The translations under genes and the position numbers were made by a program. A model generated the notes under the pieces. It searched no databases, had not been told where the DNA came from, and saw nothing but the letters and a program-made list of their open reading frames with translations. Shown here in pieces: positions 36,780 to 50,500 of a DNA stretch of 64,000 nt. The DNA is from Ancylonema sp. (taxonomy: Eukaryota): the NCBI GenBank assembly GCA_050230475.1, contig JBFLGF010000069.1, positions 1 through 64,000 of the forward strand, in the 5' to 3' direction. Position 1 is the first letter of the stretch; every line of letters starts with the position of its first letter.

Positions 36780-37279
36780 TTTTGACATCACTTTTGAGGT
36801 CTATTTTCTTACACACTTTTTGTCTTTTGTGGAGGAATTGAAGCTTTGTAGGGGTTTTGAAAAGTGGAACGAATCAAGATTTAGAGCGAATTAAAAAAAA
36901 ATGAGCACACAAAAAGATTGACCCATCATTTACAATACAGCATTTGGCTTCTTTTGATGTGTATTTCCATGCTCTCTCTTCATTTGTAGTGCAAATGGGG
37001 CACACACCCATTTCATTGCACTTTTACTCCACTTCCAGGATTTTATGTGAATATCATTTGACTTCAATAAAGACATTTTACATCACGCATCATGACAACG
37101 CACATAACAACCAATTACAATGTGGGGAGTTGACTTTTTGGGCCACACCACTTCATTACATCAAACACACGTCGAATGTGTCAATCGACCTCCCTTTGGG
37201 GGAAAAAAATGTTTTTTTTTGTTTTCTCTTCTTCCATAGTCATCTCCTTTTCCTTGTCGTGTTCATTGTGTCTGACTAA

Positions 37280-37720
37280 CTAGACAGACTGATTTGTCTC
37301 CGTTCGAGTTTTTGCACACAATGTTTCTTGAAATAATCGTCCGAGTGATCGAGCATCTCTCATTGGTTCCACAACACCAAACATGCGAGATTCGTTGATA
37401 CGATTTAGTACACCGCTCAAGATTGTGACTCATCAGTTTGGGCGTGGTGTTGTGTTTTTTTGGCGGAATGTCAAATTTCGGGTCAACATTTGAGTTTTCA
37501 AAAATTGATGAAACTGGAAGTACGCATCGCATGTAGAGCATGTCTGCATTGGACGCGCCTTTTAAAAGAGCTTTTCAAAGAGCTTTTTAAAGAGGTAAAA
37601 AAAATCCCAGATCGGAGGTTTGAAAAAAAATAAAAACGAAAACCCTAAAAAGTCGGAGGGTTGCGAGGAGCAACCGGGACCTGGACCGGTAACTGAGACC
37701 ATCCCGTACCGAAAACGAAA
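37280..37720 (-). repeat. Dispersed repeat homologous to 26095-26335, inverted
   Basis: The reverse complement carries the same motif blocks in the same order. Confidence 0.7.
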
Positions 37721-37961
37721 ATGTGGTGGAACCGTGACATTGTCCTCTATCCCAATTGTCAAGGAGTATTTTTTTTGTTACCACTTTGTTCAAAATTCAT
37801 TGCAGATGAACAAATATCGGCAGCTGGCTACACCTCACTAATGTTTGTGGCATAGGAACAAAACGCCAAGCATGAGAGCTCGTACTATATATGCTCCTAT
37901 CACAACCTTAACATAATATATACACCTGTACAAGAATCTTGAGGTTGAGTAGGAGTGTCCT

Positions 37962-40333
37962 TCAAACTATGGACCACGAAATATCCCGAAAAGCTATTGC
38001 GGGCGCTAACTTTGCTAGAGATACAGCGGTGTGAAAGCATTGTGCACTATCCTCGAACCTTCCTCTCGCCTTGTTCGCCAGTCCCAATTGCACCCAACAC
38101 GTAGAGTCTGCTGAATCTGTTTGTGCTGCTTGATTGAGTAGACTCCAAGTAACGGCGTGGGCGGAATCGCCCCCTCTCCGCAAAAATTGCGCCGCCAATT
38201 TGATTTTGCTGGGGGCGAAATTGGGGTCTATTGCGATTGCGGTCTCAAAATACGATTGCGCACCGTCAACATCCCCTTGCGCTTCCTCCACAAGGCCTGC
38301 ACAAACACGAGAAGGACTCATTGTGTTGAGGTTCAAGGCAGACATGTCTCTGTAATCGCGTACATTGAATTGAACGGAACCCTACGATACATTCGGAATC
38401 AGTGATGGCGCTTGGCTAAGATGGCGCTTTCGTAGGTAACAATTCCAAACCTGAACATTGATCGAAGAAAATTCCTCGATCACAGGAGAAATGGGATAAC
38501 TTTCGAGCCAACCAACCAACCAACCAACCCAGCCACCTACCCACGAAGTGAACAGTCTTCAAACAGTCGGTACCAAGCCATGCATACCATTATTCACCTC
38601 CCATTGCCTCTAGGTCCAAGTGGTGGCCGAAAAAGCACTCTACACACAAGATGACCTCTCATCGAAAACATTTAATACGAGTATGGTGACTCTTTCGTGT
38701 CACTATCCTCCCAAAGTACACTTACGGTGAGCCGTACCGTTCTAGTACCTTCAATCTGTACAAACTTGTACAGATTGACCGAATGACCCTACAAAATACG
38801 TCCATCCTCGAGAATTCTCCATGATCTAATCCACCAAAAAAACACGCATTTTGACATGCGCGTACAAGAGCCACCGCCTCATCCGCGAACATTGACAGAA
38901 GTGGCAGGGCGTGGTGCTAACCTTGAGCGTGGTAGGCCTCGGGGGAGTAAGGCCCAAGCTCCACTCCTTTCTTCGCACATGCCACGGCGTCACCCCATTG
39001 GCCGAGAGCCGAATACACCTCCGCCATGTCCTCCCACACGTGTTCCTCTATCGACGTCAGCTGGGCCTGCCAGGAGCGGAATGAAGGGGGGTTGTGAGTG
39101 AGCCGTATTCACATTGTTGTGTCACACCCCTCCATTCCCATCAACCTTGTCAGCTGCAGCTTCATTTCTCGCCCCCTGCAGCACACGGAGGCGCCACTTG
39201 GCAGTCTGCAGAGCCTCCTCAGCAGACCCCCCCTCCAGCTGTACCTTCCCCATCACTCGCAACAATGCCAGCTGTTCCCGTACCCCTCCTACTGCCCCTG
39301 CTCCCACAGCAGTCCTACACACCACCTCTGCCTCCTTTCCCCTCTTCTGCCCAGACAGGATCAGCGCCAGGAGGCGCCATCTGTCCCCTCTCTTCGCATG
39401 CCACCTGGCATGAGCACACTCCCCACTCGCCCCATCTACCTGCCACATGTCGCCTCCAGATTGCTCCTCCACCAAGACCCCCTTCACCAACTTCGTAGCC
39501 CTCTTATATGCCCCCTCCTCTGCTAGGAGCAGGGCCAAATCAAACGCAACCGCCCTATCCCATCCTTTCCCAGCCTCCCCAACCGCATCCTCCAAGCTTG
39601 CAATGGCTGTCTGTCTAAGCTCGCTGGCTTGGGTACGGGTAACCCCCCCCTTTCGTGCCTTCATTCCCTGATTGAGTGCCAGCACATGGCGAGCTTGACA
39701 CCTGTCCGTATCGGATTGCGTGGAGGCCCTGAGAGCATATCCAATCCCTTCATCTGCTGTCGCAGGCGATTTGGAGCAGATCCGAGCGGCCAGTAGCAAT
39801 GAAGCAATGTCGTTCGGAGCTTCGTTCGAGTGGAGTGCCTTTCGGAGCACGTTGAGCGCCACCTCATCATTTCCTGCCACATGCTGAGACAATGCTATGT
39901 GGCGCCACCTCACCGGTCGAGGGAGTACACCTGGCGGCGCACCCTCCAGCAGTTCGGTCAGCTCCGAAAATTTCTCCAGACGGATGAGAGATTGTGATAG
40001 GGGCTCCAGTGTTGTGGGATCGAACTTTAGTTTCTGTGACTCCAGAAGCATCCTGGAAGCTTCCTCGACCTTTGACTTGTCCGCAACCATGGTATTGGTG
40101 ACATCAGTGCTGCTGGTGCTGACAATACTACGCCCCTGCTCAGGATCCTGTCCATACAAAATCGCCAGAGCCCATCTGTTGAGGACAGCTGTCCTCTCCC
40201 CCCCTACCACTGCCCCAGGTCCATGTAACAGAGGATTGGACGCCCCCGAGGGACTCTCAGGCGACAGAGGACCAGACGCCAGCTCATCGGAATTCAGATT
40301 GTTCGATGCAGCAGTTGCTTCGCTCAGCTTGCC
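37962..40333 (-). CDS. NPG/NPGR (TTC7/YPP1-like) TPR protein; exons 40333-~39140, 39066-38922, 38297-37962; 5' exons unresolved (~40600-41800)
   Basis: PGVLPRPVRWRHIAL...GNDEVALNVLRKAL...LLLAARICS...EGIGYALRA; WRLLALILSGQKR; VWEDMAEVYSALGQW; TPR C-terminus. Confidence 0.85.
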
Positions 40334-42274
40334 CTGAGAGTGACATCAGCTATGATGTCAGGGATGACGACGCTGACATCAGCTACGGAGATAGTTTCAT
40401 AATGAAATTGTTTTGATACGTTTGCATACATTCTTCCATTCCGCACCTTCTGCCTGTGGTTTTATTATGTTCTATAGCATAGCACGTTGAAATCATTGAC
40501 ATATGCCGAGCAGGGACGGCACACTCTGCTCGATCACATCGATTCCCGTCCCATTCCCAGATCCGAGACATTTCAGAGACGTCCATTTCTATTGTTTCTT
40601 ACTTAAAAAATATAGATCGCAGCGCAGATAAGACTAGATAAGAGCGTGTGCTTGTCTGCGCAAACCGAATCACAAAGCATGACGCCAGCTCACGCGAATA
40701 GCACGTTGCAACATCAGCTGAGCTTCTGATCTCGGCATCTTGCACAGTAGGTATCACTAATACATGTGCACACCATTTGAAAATGTTCGTTTTCAAATCC
40801 AGGAAAGAGCAACCTTCTAGCAAGCGCACGTTGCTTCCCGCCTCATACATCAGATCAGTGTTGGACATTGTTGGCAAACGTGTTTATGTGGCATGTGGAC
40901 GAGTCCACAGTGAGTCTAGAGCGATACATGCACAACTCTCTTAGAGCTTGGAGCGTTTCATTTGTATTGAAGGTGTGCATCAACTCCCATGCATATGCAG
41001 CCATATGGAAAGCAAAGTACCTCAGAAATAAGTTGGACACTGGATGGGCCACCAGACCCCGTAGCCTTCCTTCGCATTTCTACAAATGTCAGCAATTTCT
41101 GTGCAGCGTACCAGCGAAAGCAGTTTGACGTGCCCGTCTTGACAGATCCAGAGGGGCTCCAGTTTTTCCTTATGCCAGTGATGTCAGTGATGATGTCAGT
41201 GATGAGGGGCCAGAGCTGGGGAAATCTGCTGACGTTCTCGCCGTTCGTCGTATCCAGTTCCCGTTAAAGTGATATTTCATTTTTGTCGAATTTTCGGAGG
41301 ACACGGCTGGAGTTTCCTGCCGGGGAAATATGACAATTCTGACAGCGGTGTCTGACAGAATTCTGACAGCTGTCGTTATTGGCGGAGGGGCGTAGGGGCG
41401 GTGACAGTTGCAGTGCATCAAGTACCCTATCTGCGTTTGTATTCACTCTCTAAGCTGACATGTCCTCTGCTGAGAGGCGAGGTGCAGGCAATGGGAGACG
41501 TTGCAGAGGCGCAGTGAAATGAGCGACACTAGAGGTTGATTTACTGCCGATTGCTGATTTTCTCTTCCCCCATGTCTCGGGAGAGAGTCGTCAGAAGAAT
41601 GACAGGATGTCTCACCAATGCAATTATGCAGCTGAAAGGTCGGGGGGCAGGAGTAAAAGCTCAGCAGATAAGAAAAATGCCGAACGCTCCTCATCGCCCT
41701 CCTAGCTACACACATGCATCCTTTGGGATCTTTTTCAGAAATTACGTAGCAGGAATTCATGGAAGGGGAGCTCTACCAGGCGATGGTCATCCGATTCGTA
41801 GATATTCTCAAATCTGTTCCCTCCGTTCGATGTCGTAAGCTTCCCATGCCGGCGATCTCGTATGCCACAATCACCCGTACACTACTGAGTTGAGCCCGGT
41901 GTGTTCGCGCATAGTCATATAAAGTGGGAGGTGAAGAGGTGGGAGGTGTTGATTGAAGAATTCAGTTGTTTCACCCGTGCTGCCCGTGTGCTGTGTCTAA
42001 GAACGCAGTGTCAAAAAGGGAATGAATGGCTAAATTATTCTCTCATTTTTGAATGCGTTTGGATACAAATCCAGCTTTCGTGATTTTCGACTCCTCGAGC
42101 TTGATGCTAAATAAAACTAGATCCTGACCCCAGGCTGGCTATTTAGTACGTACCTGTTTATGCGGACTTTCTATTGAGCTGGCCAGCTCCTGCTTGTCTC
42201 TTGTTGGCCGCCAGAATTCGCAACCACTGTCTAAGGGAGACTATCGACTCGGGTGGGTTGCAGCAGCAGCAGCA

Positions 42275-43043
42275 ATGGGGGTTCAGTGGACAGGTTATCC
42301 GGTGACAGGTTATCCGGTGACAGGTTATCCGGTGACAGGTTATCCGGTGACAGGTTATCCGGTGACAAACTCGTTCTCCGGGGTCTGCTGTTCCACGGCT
42401 ACCATGGCGTGTACAAGGAAGAGCAAGTCCTTGGGCAAAAGTTCTTAATCGATATGGATGCCTACACTGACCTGAGCAAGGCTGGAACTGAGGACGACCT
42501 GCAGTACTCCATAAGCTATGCCCGTCTGTATGAGTAAGTTTCTCGAAGCACCCTGAAAAAGGAGGAGAGACAATGCGGTCTCCGTTTTTCATGGGTGACA
42601 TTGGACATCAATTACGGCTTTTGGTTGCCTGGTAACCGATCCCTCAGATTGAAAATTGATTCCAAAGTCGAAGGCAGCCATGTGTGTGCTGCTGCCACCT
42701 GCCCAGATATGCGTACTGGTTACAGAGGATGGAAGTTGCCAGCTGACAAGTGTTCGTAGTACTGTCGATTTTACTGCTTCTGGCTGCTTTAGTATCGGCG
42801 CTGTCTTTATTGTCTTCATTCTCTCCACTGTCCCGTTTCCATTTCCTGAACAGAATGGCAAAGAGCATCGTGGAAGGTCCTCCACATCAACTTCTCGAAG
42901 CTGTTGCACACAAAATTGCGACGCAAATCATGGCCGAGTTTCCGCAAATATCAGCCCTACGAGTCCGGATAGGAATACCGCAGGTGGCAGTCGTGGGAGT
43001 GGTTGATTATTTGGGAGTGGAGATTGTGAGGTTCAGTGGGTGA
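42275..43043 (+). CDS. FOLB: Dihydroneopterin aldolase (exons ~42275-42533, 42854-43043); start unresolved
   Basis: DKLVLRGLLFHGYHGVYKEEQVLGQKFLID...SISYA / VEGPPHQLLEAVA...GVEIVR. Confidence 0.92.
42289..42363 (+). repeat. Coding minisatellite GACAGGTTATCCGGT x5 (DRLSG x5)
   Basis: Five perfect 15-bp copies. Confidence 0.95.
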
Positions 43044-43849
43044 GAGGTACTTGAGCTAAGAGAGGTCGCTGCTCCTCTAAACCAACCAAGAGCCGACCAA
43101 GGATGGTGGCCTGATGCTTGAATGCCCGAAGCTGAAGCTGCCTGGACCTAACATGTATGTGCAATCTTCTCTTGTAGTAACATTGAGTGAAATAGATTGC
43201 GAGTTTCTGAGAGCTACCACCGAGTTGATATCTATGTGAACGTATCGCCCCCTTCTAGCATTCATTCAGTTGCGAAGGATCGTAGAAAGAAACGGTATGT
43301 GACAACTCACAGGGAGCAAGTGCATGTGTACATTTGGTGCTTGAGATTCGGTGGAGAGGGCATTGTGCAAAAAAAGGGGTATGTGGCCCACCAAGGCTAT
43401 AACTCAAGTATTGGCATCACACTCACCCCCCGCAACAACAAGTCACCATTTCGCTTCTTTCTTTTCTTTTTTTTTCCCCCAAAGCACAAATATGTTGACA
43501 TCTACAAAATATAACACAACAATACAATATACCGAAAACCATCATTGTACTTGATTATGGAATGGTACGAATTGTAGAGCAACAACCTCTCGAAATATAT
43601 ATAAGAAAGCAATGCTTGACAAACGCCAACTTGATAATATCGACCGGAGTACACGAGTTCACCATTCCACACGTGCTAGGCACCTCACTATTCTTGTATT
43701 TCATACCTAGAGATTCGGATGACATTCCTCTTTTTGTTGCATTGAAGTCAAATGCGTGTCATATCCAAATGCTTGCATTGCTGTATTGTGCACACTCGCA
43801 TTTGTAAGTGGTTGATGGCAATAACTACGTAACCATGCCAGCCGTTACA

Positions 43850-44565
43850 ATAGCCGGACTCAGCTGCCACCCCGAAGATCTCATAATAGCGGGTGGCTAA
43901 CCCTCCTCGGTTTCCCCTTGTCCAGCCGCGTGGCATCATCCTCATCATCACTGTCCGAAGACAGCAGCGGAGGCACTATATCATCATCATTGTTGCCACT
44001 TGCATTGGGTGGGGGAGGGGCGGGGAGTCCACCCGGAACGGCTAGGGATACATCCCCATTCGCAACCGCCCCATCCTCATACATCCTTATACATCCCCAT
44101 CCTCATACTCGGCTAGGGAGACCACCGTCTCCATCTCCTCTATATTCCTTCCACCCCGCCTCTCTAGCCACCATCCCGACTTCACCGCCTCTTTGAAATC
44201 TGCCCCCCCCATATTCAGCACCTTCCGATCCTTCTAGGGATTCCATACCCTCACCGAGGGGCTATTCTTAGCAAAGCCCACAAGTACCCCCAGATAGCGT
44301 ACAACCTCTAGCTTGCCACCCCTATCGTTCTTATCTATTGGACAATAGACCTTGCACCTAAAGGACTTCATGTACGCTACATTACATTACGCCCCACGAC
44401 TTCTGCGGAGTCACAATCATGCCCCTCACTGGACCCCTGTTTCTCTAGTGGTTGGCTGCAAAAAAATCCTCACCCTAGCTACCCCCCCGAAGTCCAACAT
44501 GCAACATTTTCGGCCCGGCCTTCTGCCATAGGGTCCTATTCATCCATTCGGCCACTCCATCGCCC
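43850..44565 (-). mobile_element. Degenerate Copia integrase/SH3 fragment
   Basis: Hand translation MKSFRCKVYCPIDKNDRGGKLEVVRYLGVLVGFAKNSPSVRVWNP, followed by a VPPLLSSDSDDE linker like the other Copia copies. Confidence 0.65.
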
Positions 44566-45771
44566 TAGGGTGATCGAGGTGAGGATGATCGGCCATTTCT
44601 CTTCCCATAAACATTTGACATCCTCGCAAACTTGACTGTAAGAGCACTGATGAACACGTCACCGCCTATACTCGTTCTAGTCAACATAATTCTAGGTTTC
44701 CCCAAAAGTGTGTTCCCTTGGGTCGATGACGACAAACAACCATATCCACCGAGTTGGCATGAATGCACACGACTTTACATTATGCTGCTTACAGCATAAG
44801 TCGCTACACGGCTTCCCCTTAGAACTGCTCATGCTATTGCATCTTATTTGCTAGATTTGTATGATCAATCAAGCCAAGCACGTGTGAGCAAAATCTTAAT
44901 GTGCCATGCGCTGCAAGTCATGTGTCAACACATTGTTATTGCTACCTTAGCAAAATTCACAAACATCAATGTAGATGATGAAACCCCGCGTTAAACAAGT
45001 ACAATGGACAATGCTTGCGCCTCAAACCCTCTACAATATAGTTGCAGACGTGGCCCATATATTTAAAAAATACAATGGGCTAACATCGTTTTGTTGCACC
45101 ATAGTTCCTACTATTGTGCCCCCGATGAGACGACTCACATTTATCGTGGAAAGATATCATTGGAAGCACAAGGACACCATATCATCGATACTATGCTCAT
45201 ATATGATCACTCTTGTTATAGCTTTCTGAAAAGTCAATCTCTCCTTCAATCAAACATAGCATACCCAATTCATTTACTATTATACCACAACAATAATGCC
45301 ACATAATGCCACATGTCTTTTTATAGAGTAGATTGAAGCCCGAATCCGGATTGCTATGGACACCGAGGTTGAGTCATCCCAAAACTTTGGGTCTTGAATT
45401 TGGTCCGCCTTTAGTGCTCTCAACTCTGGGATTCAATCACTTCACTTGTGGGCGATTAGGATGCACTCCTCCACAATTGACTTCAACTAGCACAGTAAAG
45501 GTGGTATCAAAAGAGAGGCAAAGAGGCACACCGAAAATTCCTTTGTATACAAAAAATATATCTGAACAACATTTCACTCTTGACACCAACCCATAGACCT
45601 GACCATCTGATATGAAGGGGATGAAGGCCTCTCAAAATGGCTGAAGAAATGACCTCAAGAAAAGGATGTGAAATGTATCAGACCCCAATGTCTGACCCGT
45701 CAGGTCAGATGACTCTGTATGTACACTTGAGCAAAAAGAGCTACCAGACACCAAAGCAGATCGAAGCAGAT

Positions 45772-46845
45772 TTACGTTGGCACCAGTCCACCAAAGCCGT
45801 CTCCGCAGCTCTCAAGCCGTATGATGATTTGAAGCATCAGTAGACACAGGATGACGAGTGCAAAGAAAACAGCGACAGATAGCGAAGCGAGAGCGAATCT
45901 GATGCTATCAGCAGATCTCAGTGATCCAGCCATCTTCCACAAAAGAGATCTCTTGGATATTCCGTCCTTAGTCAAACTTCCTTTCTCAGTATAGTCAGCC
46001 AGAGAAGCAGCACACTGGCCACTGTTGAACTTAGGCTTTACAGGAACGTCAAAATGGTGGTCGTTCACTGGCTTCAGCAATTTTGATTGCGTCTGCAGGG
46101 AGAGAATTTCCTAAATTCACCACATGTCAATATTTCAGGCCAATGACCAAGGCCGACATATGACAGTCGACAAGGAAGCATGAGGCAGCTCTGAGCATGC
46201 AGAGCAGCTGCCAGGCTGTAGCACACCGATTTCAGACGCTCATTTTTTTTGGTTCAACAACAGCTCAGATTAAAGTGACAGTCCTGTCCGGGGCCAGTCT
46301 ATGCAAGAAGGCTTGCAGTGGTACCTGGTCAGTGGTCTCTCGAATGTCAGGTGTACATAGCGAATCTGGCTTCTTTGTGAAGTATTCTTGGTACAGGTCT
46401 GCAATGATTGCTTCCTTCTGCACCAAAAATCGAATCTTCCGAATCTCAAACTCATTGTTGTATGCATGTTGTATGTATGTATCGCATCACACCTCATTAA
46501 GCTGAAATATTCGATAAAGACTCAAGGGACTGTAAATATGAAATTGAGAGTATTGTTGTGGTCTAATGGTGTGCACGTAAGTCTCACTTTGACGGCTGGT
46601 TGGCAGCAGGAAAGGGGATGTGATTCATTTTTTGGAGGAGTGGAAGGGGAAGTAATAGGAGGACTTCTGCGCTGAGGAGGCTTCTGAGGTGTCTTTCCTG
46701 GAGATGGAAGAACAAGCACCCCTTGTTGAATTCCATTAGTGGAGAATGCAGGAGGCAATCTTCTACTGGTGTAACTGCCATCACCAGGCTTTGAGCCTCG
46801 AAAACTCTCGGATTTCCGCTGCGTAAGGTTCAGATCACGACTCAT
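45772..46845 (-). CDS. Tail-anchored protein with a plant KASH-like C-terminus (exons 46845-46588, candidate 46444-46325, 46092-45772)
   Basis: S/P-rich N-terminus; single C-terminal TM helix followed by a 15-aa tail ending LVPT*. Confidence 0.6.
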
Positions 46846-47591
46846 CTCGAGTTACTTTATCCTGGTCTCTGACAAAACTTCACCACAATCACGAACTTGT
46901 TACGCTGTGTACACCTCTTGTTAGGTTTCCACAGCTCCTGCAGTCTCAGCAGCTAGGAAATTAAATTCTCAAATATGGATTCCGGACAATACTCAGCAGT
47001 TGTATCAGATGTGGCAGCAGTTGCAGTGTGCGAACACATGGACTCGCTCGTTTCTGCTGTGGAAAAGGTTGTGACGTTTCGCACGCAATTCATACACGGA
47101 ATGCACAGACGAAAAACACCCGGACATCCACAATCAATCACCAATCAAATTTAGGCATGCCAAATGTACCCGCCACACTGCATTGTACGATGGGATTTGT
47201 ACGATTTGTACCATTTACTCAGCGCAGGGGCTTCGAGACTATTTACTATTATATCGGTATAATTAATCGCTATAATATCGAACAAGGGTGAGGTTCAAGC
47301 TGACTCTCGCTTGATAATCCCTCCAGCGCCGTACCGTCTACGGCAGACGGTCTGAGTCGGACCTGTAAACAAAAGACTACATGGGCAGGTGCACACCTCG
47401 CGTATTGCACTTGTGGAAAATGTACCTGCAGGAATCAGGTCTCTGTTGTTGGACGTGGTGACTGAGGAAAGTCTGTAAGAACCAAGCTTAGCAACACAAT
47501 TGTGTACGTGTCGTCCGGCCTCATTCAGAGCGGAACTTCGTGTTGCCGATGGGTCTTTCATGACCAAAGTCTGGATGGCCGCAAGTTCCAC

Positions 47592-50500
47592 ATGGCTCTG
47601 CATGCATTTCGTTTCATAGGATCGTCTACACCCGTCACACGCCTGGTTGTTGAGCGTATCATTCCCTTTCCAGGTACCGCAATTCGGATTCGAATACTGA
47701 ATGAAGTGAACGTTATTCAAACTCATGCTCCTTTTTCTACCGAGGATTCGCACAAGAAAATTGATTTCACACAAGGATCCTGGACGCGGTTCCTGCATCG
47801 TAATGAGTGTGGGATCCCTGTTTCGTCAAAGGAGCGTGTAGCCGATTTCAGTAGTCGCAATCTATCTCATAGGTGTCTCTTCCAACCTCAATGCGGGATT
47901 TTTCAGGAAAATTCTAGGTCCCGGTCGTTTTCGGGCATTGCTCCTTCTTCACTAGAATTATCAGATGAGACGAGTGGCAGCACCTCCGGACATGTCAGCA
48001 GTCAGATTGATGGGGAAACCACGGGATCCAGCATAGCCTCGCCCTCCAAAGCGAACCGAAAGACGATGAGAGAGATCATAAAGAATGCGAAAGCAGGGCT
48101 GGGGTTCAAGGTCGAGGGTCAAACCTTAAGCAGACCCTCGAGACCCATACAAAAGAACGCCTCAGCAAACAACGACGACGAAAGTTTAGGGCTGAGGAGG
48201 GAAGCAAGGGTAGGCGAAGCCGAAAAGATGAGAGACAAACCAAAAAAGAAGGTGGTCGCAAAATTGTCGAAGACAGGAACACGGGAGAGAGTCAAGGAGG
48301 ATGAGATGGCGTTGGACAGCTTGGTGACAGCTGTCCTAGTGGGTAGACCGAATGTTGGAAAGTCAGCCTTGATCAATAGGCTGACTCAGCGCCGTGAGGC
48401 ATTGGTATATGACACACCTGACAGCCACGTCACTCGGGACCACCGCCAGGGTGTCGCCAAAATCGGGGATTTGAGGCTGCGAATATTCGATACTGCGGGA
48501 CTGGAACCTTCCGCTGAACCAGAGAGCATTCTGAGCCGGACCGGGAAGCTCACCCAGAACGTTCTGAGCAAGTGCCACCTGGCACTCTTCCTTTTGGATG
48601 GCAGGTAACCTCTCGCCCCCGACTCACTCTGCTGTGTTTAAATGATTTTTTTTTACGTGTGTATACATTGATGTGTCCAAACACTGTCGAGCAGATCTAT
48701 AGATACCAGCAAATTATATTTTTAGGTACACAGACATGCAAACACGCCTGCATGCATGCATGCATACAGACATGCATACATGCATACATGCATACATGCA
48801 TACGTGCAGACATACATATATGCATACACACCCACGCATACATATGTATATCTGCACAGATGCACATACATACACATTCGCATTCATCTACTCAGACATA
48901 CAGACCCAAAAGTGATTTCATATGTACACGTGTGTGTTGCCCTGTATACTGTATATCTGACCGCTGCTGAAGTAACAAACCCAAACCCCACATGGGGTTC
49001 AGGTAGCATGCCTTGTATGACCGATGCCAGATGGAGAAGATGAGGGTGTTGAGGCCACGGCATCCATCAGAAAGAAAGAAAGAAAGACTCAGAGCTATCA
49101 AGAGGTGCCATTCAGTCACACTTTTCAACTTTTAGGCAATTCATGCCTCTCAATCGCATACACACTGCTTCGTAGAGAGAGAAGAAAAGGGGGCGAGCCA
49201 TTCTCCTTCCCCACCCCCCCCTCCTCCTCCCTCTGCCTCTCGCTGCTCCTCAGAGTAGGTCTCCACCCCCGCGACTCAGAGATCGCCACCTGGCTGCGTA
49301 AGGTGGCGCCACACGTCCACGTCCTCCTGGTGGTCAACAAATGCGAGGGGCTCGGGGGGGACCCTCGGGGGCTTCTTCCGGCTGTGTTGGGGGAGGCGCA
49401 AGGGTTGGGGTGGGGGGAGGGTGTACCTGTGTCGGCAGAGACGGGGGAGGGCTTATCTGATCTCTACGAGCGCCTGGCGCCGCTAGTGGAGGAGCGGCAA
49501 GAGTTGGCAGGTAGGAACGAGTACTCAGGGTTCAGGATTCTAGTGTTGAGAACTCATTGCTATGGTTAGGTTGCCCCACAACTTGTTGTCAGGGTTTCAT
49601 TTTTTAGGGTTTAGACTTTCGAATGCATGGTGGGTGGGGGGGAATGAAAAAAAGTTGATAATTTGATAATTCAGGGTTCCGGGTCAAGAATGCAGTCTGT
49701 CCCCCCCCCCCCTCTGACCAGATACAGATCCAGAGGAAGAGCCCTCATTCTGCCACGTGGCGCCAGGAGAGAGCCCCGAGGTGGGGCCCGCCAGCGTAGC
49801 AGACGACCGCTCCCTCCCGCTGCAGTTGGCCATCTGCGGCCGCCCCAATGTGGGGAAGTCCACTCTGCTGAACAACCTGGTGGGGGAGGAGAGGGCGCTG
49901 ACAGGACCGGAGCCCGGGCTGACTCGAGACGCTGTATGCGAAAAGTTTCGGTATAAAGGGAGAGAGATCGCGCTGGTACGAGGGGCTATGGATGCATGGA
50001 GTTTCTTCATCCGGTTATCCTTTATTTTTGGGCCGCAACGAGGTTGTGGGGCGTGGTCTGGTAGTCTGACGTGGCAGCGGACTTGGGTGTTGCCAGGTGG
50101 ACACTGCTGGTTGGCTGCACCGTTCGGAGCAGGGGGAGGAGAGCCTGGCCGCCATGGACGCCAAGAGGCGCCTCATGAAGGCGCACGTGGTGGCGCTGGT
50201 TCTGGATGCGGGCGATGTGAGGACACTGCCACCTGTCGCCCCCTCAGTAGACGGATGGGATGGGATGGGATGGGTTCATTGGTCGGCTGGGGTACGGGGG
50301 GTGGCCAGATTTTGGACGCCAGATGCACTCTGAAGCGGTCGGAGATGGGGCTGGCCAGATGGGTGGTGCTGGAGGGGCGGGCGCTGGTCGTGATTGTGAA
50401 TAAAGTGGATAAGCTGCGGGAGGGGGAGTGGGCTGAGGAGAGGGAGGCTCTGGGGAAAAAGATGGCGACGGCAGTTCCGGAGGAAATCCACGCTGCCCTG

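Noticed and set aside
40599..41052. SKP1/BTB-like reading of ORFs upstream of the TPR exons
   Set aside because: Similarity is too weak, and no in-phase splice model could be built.
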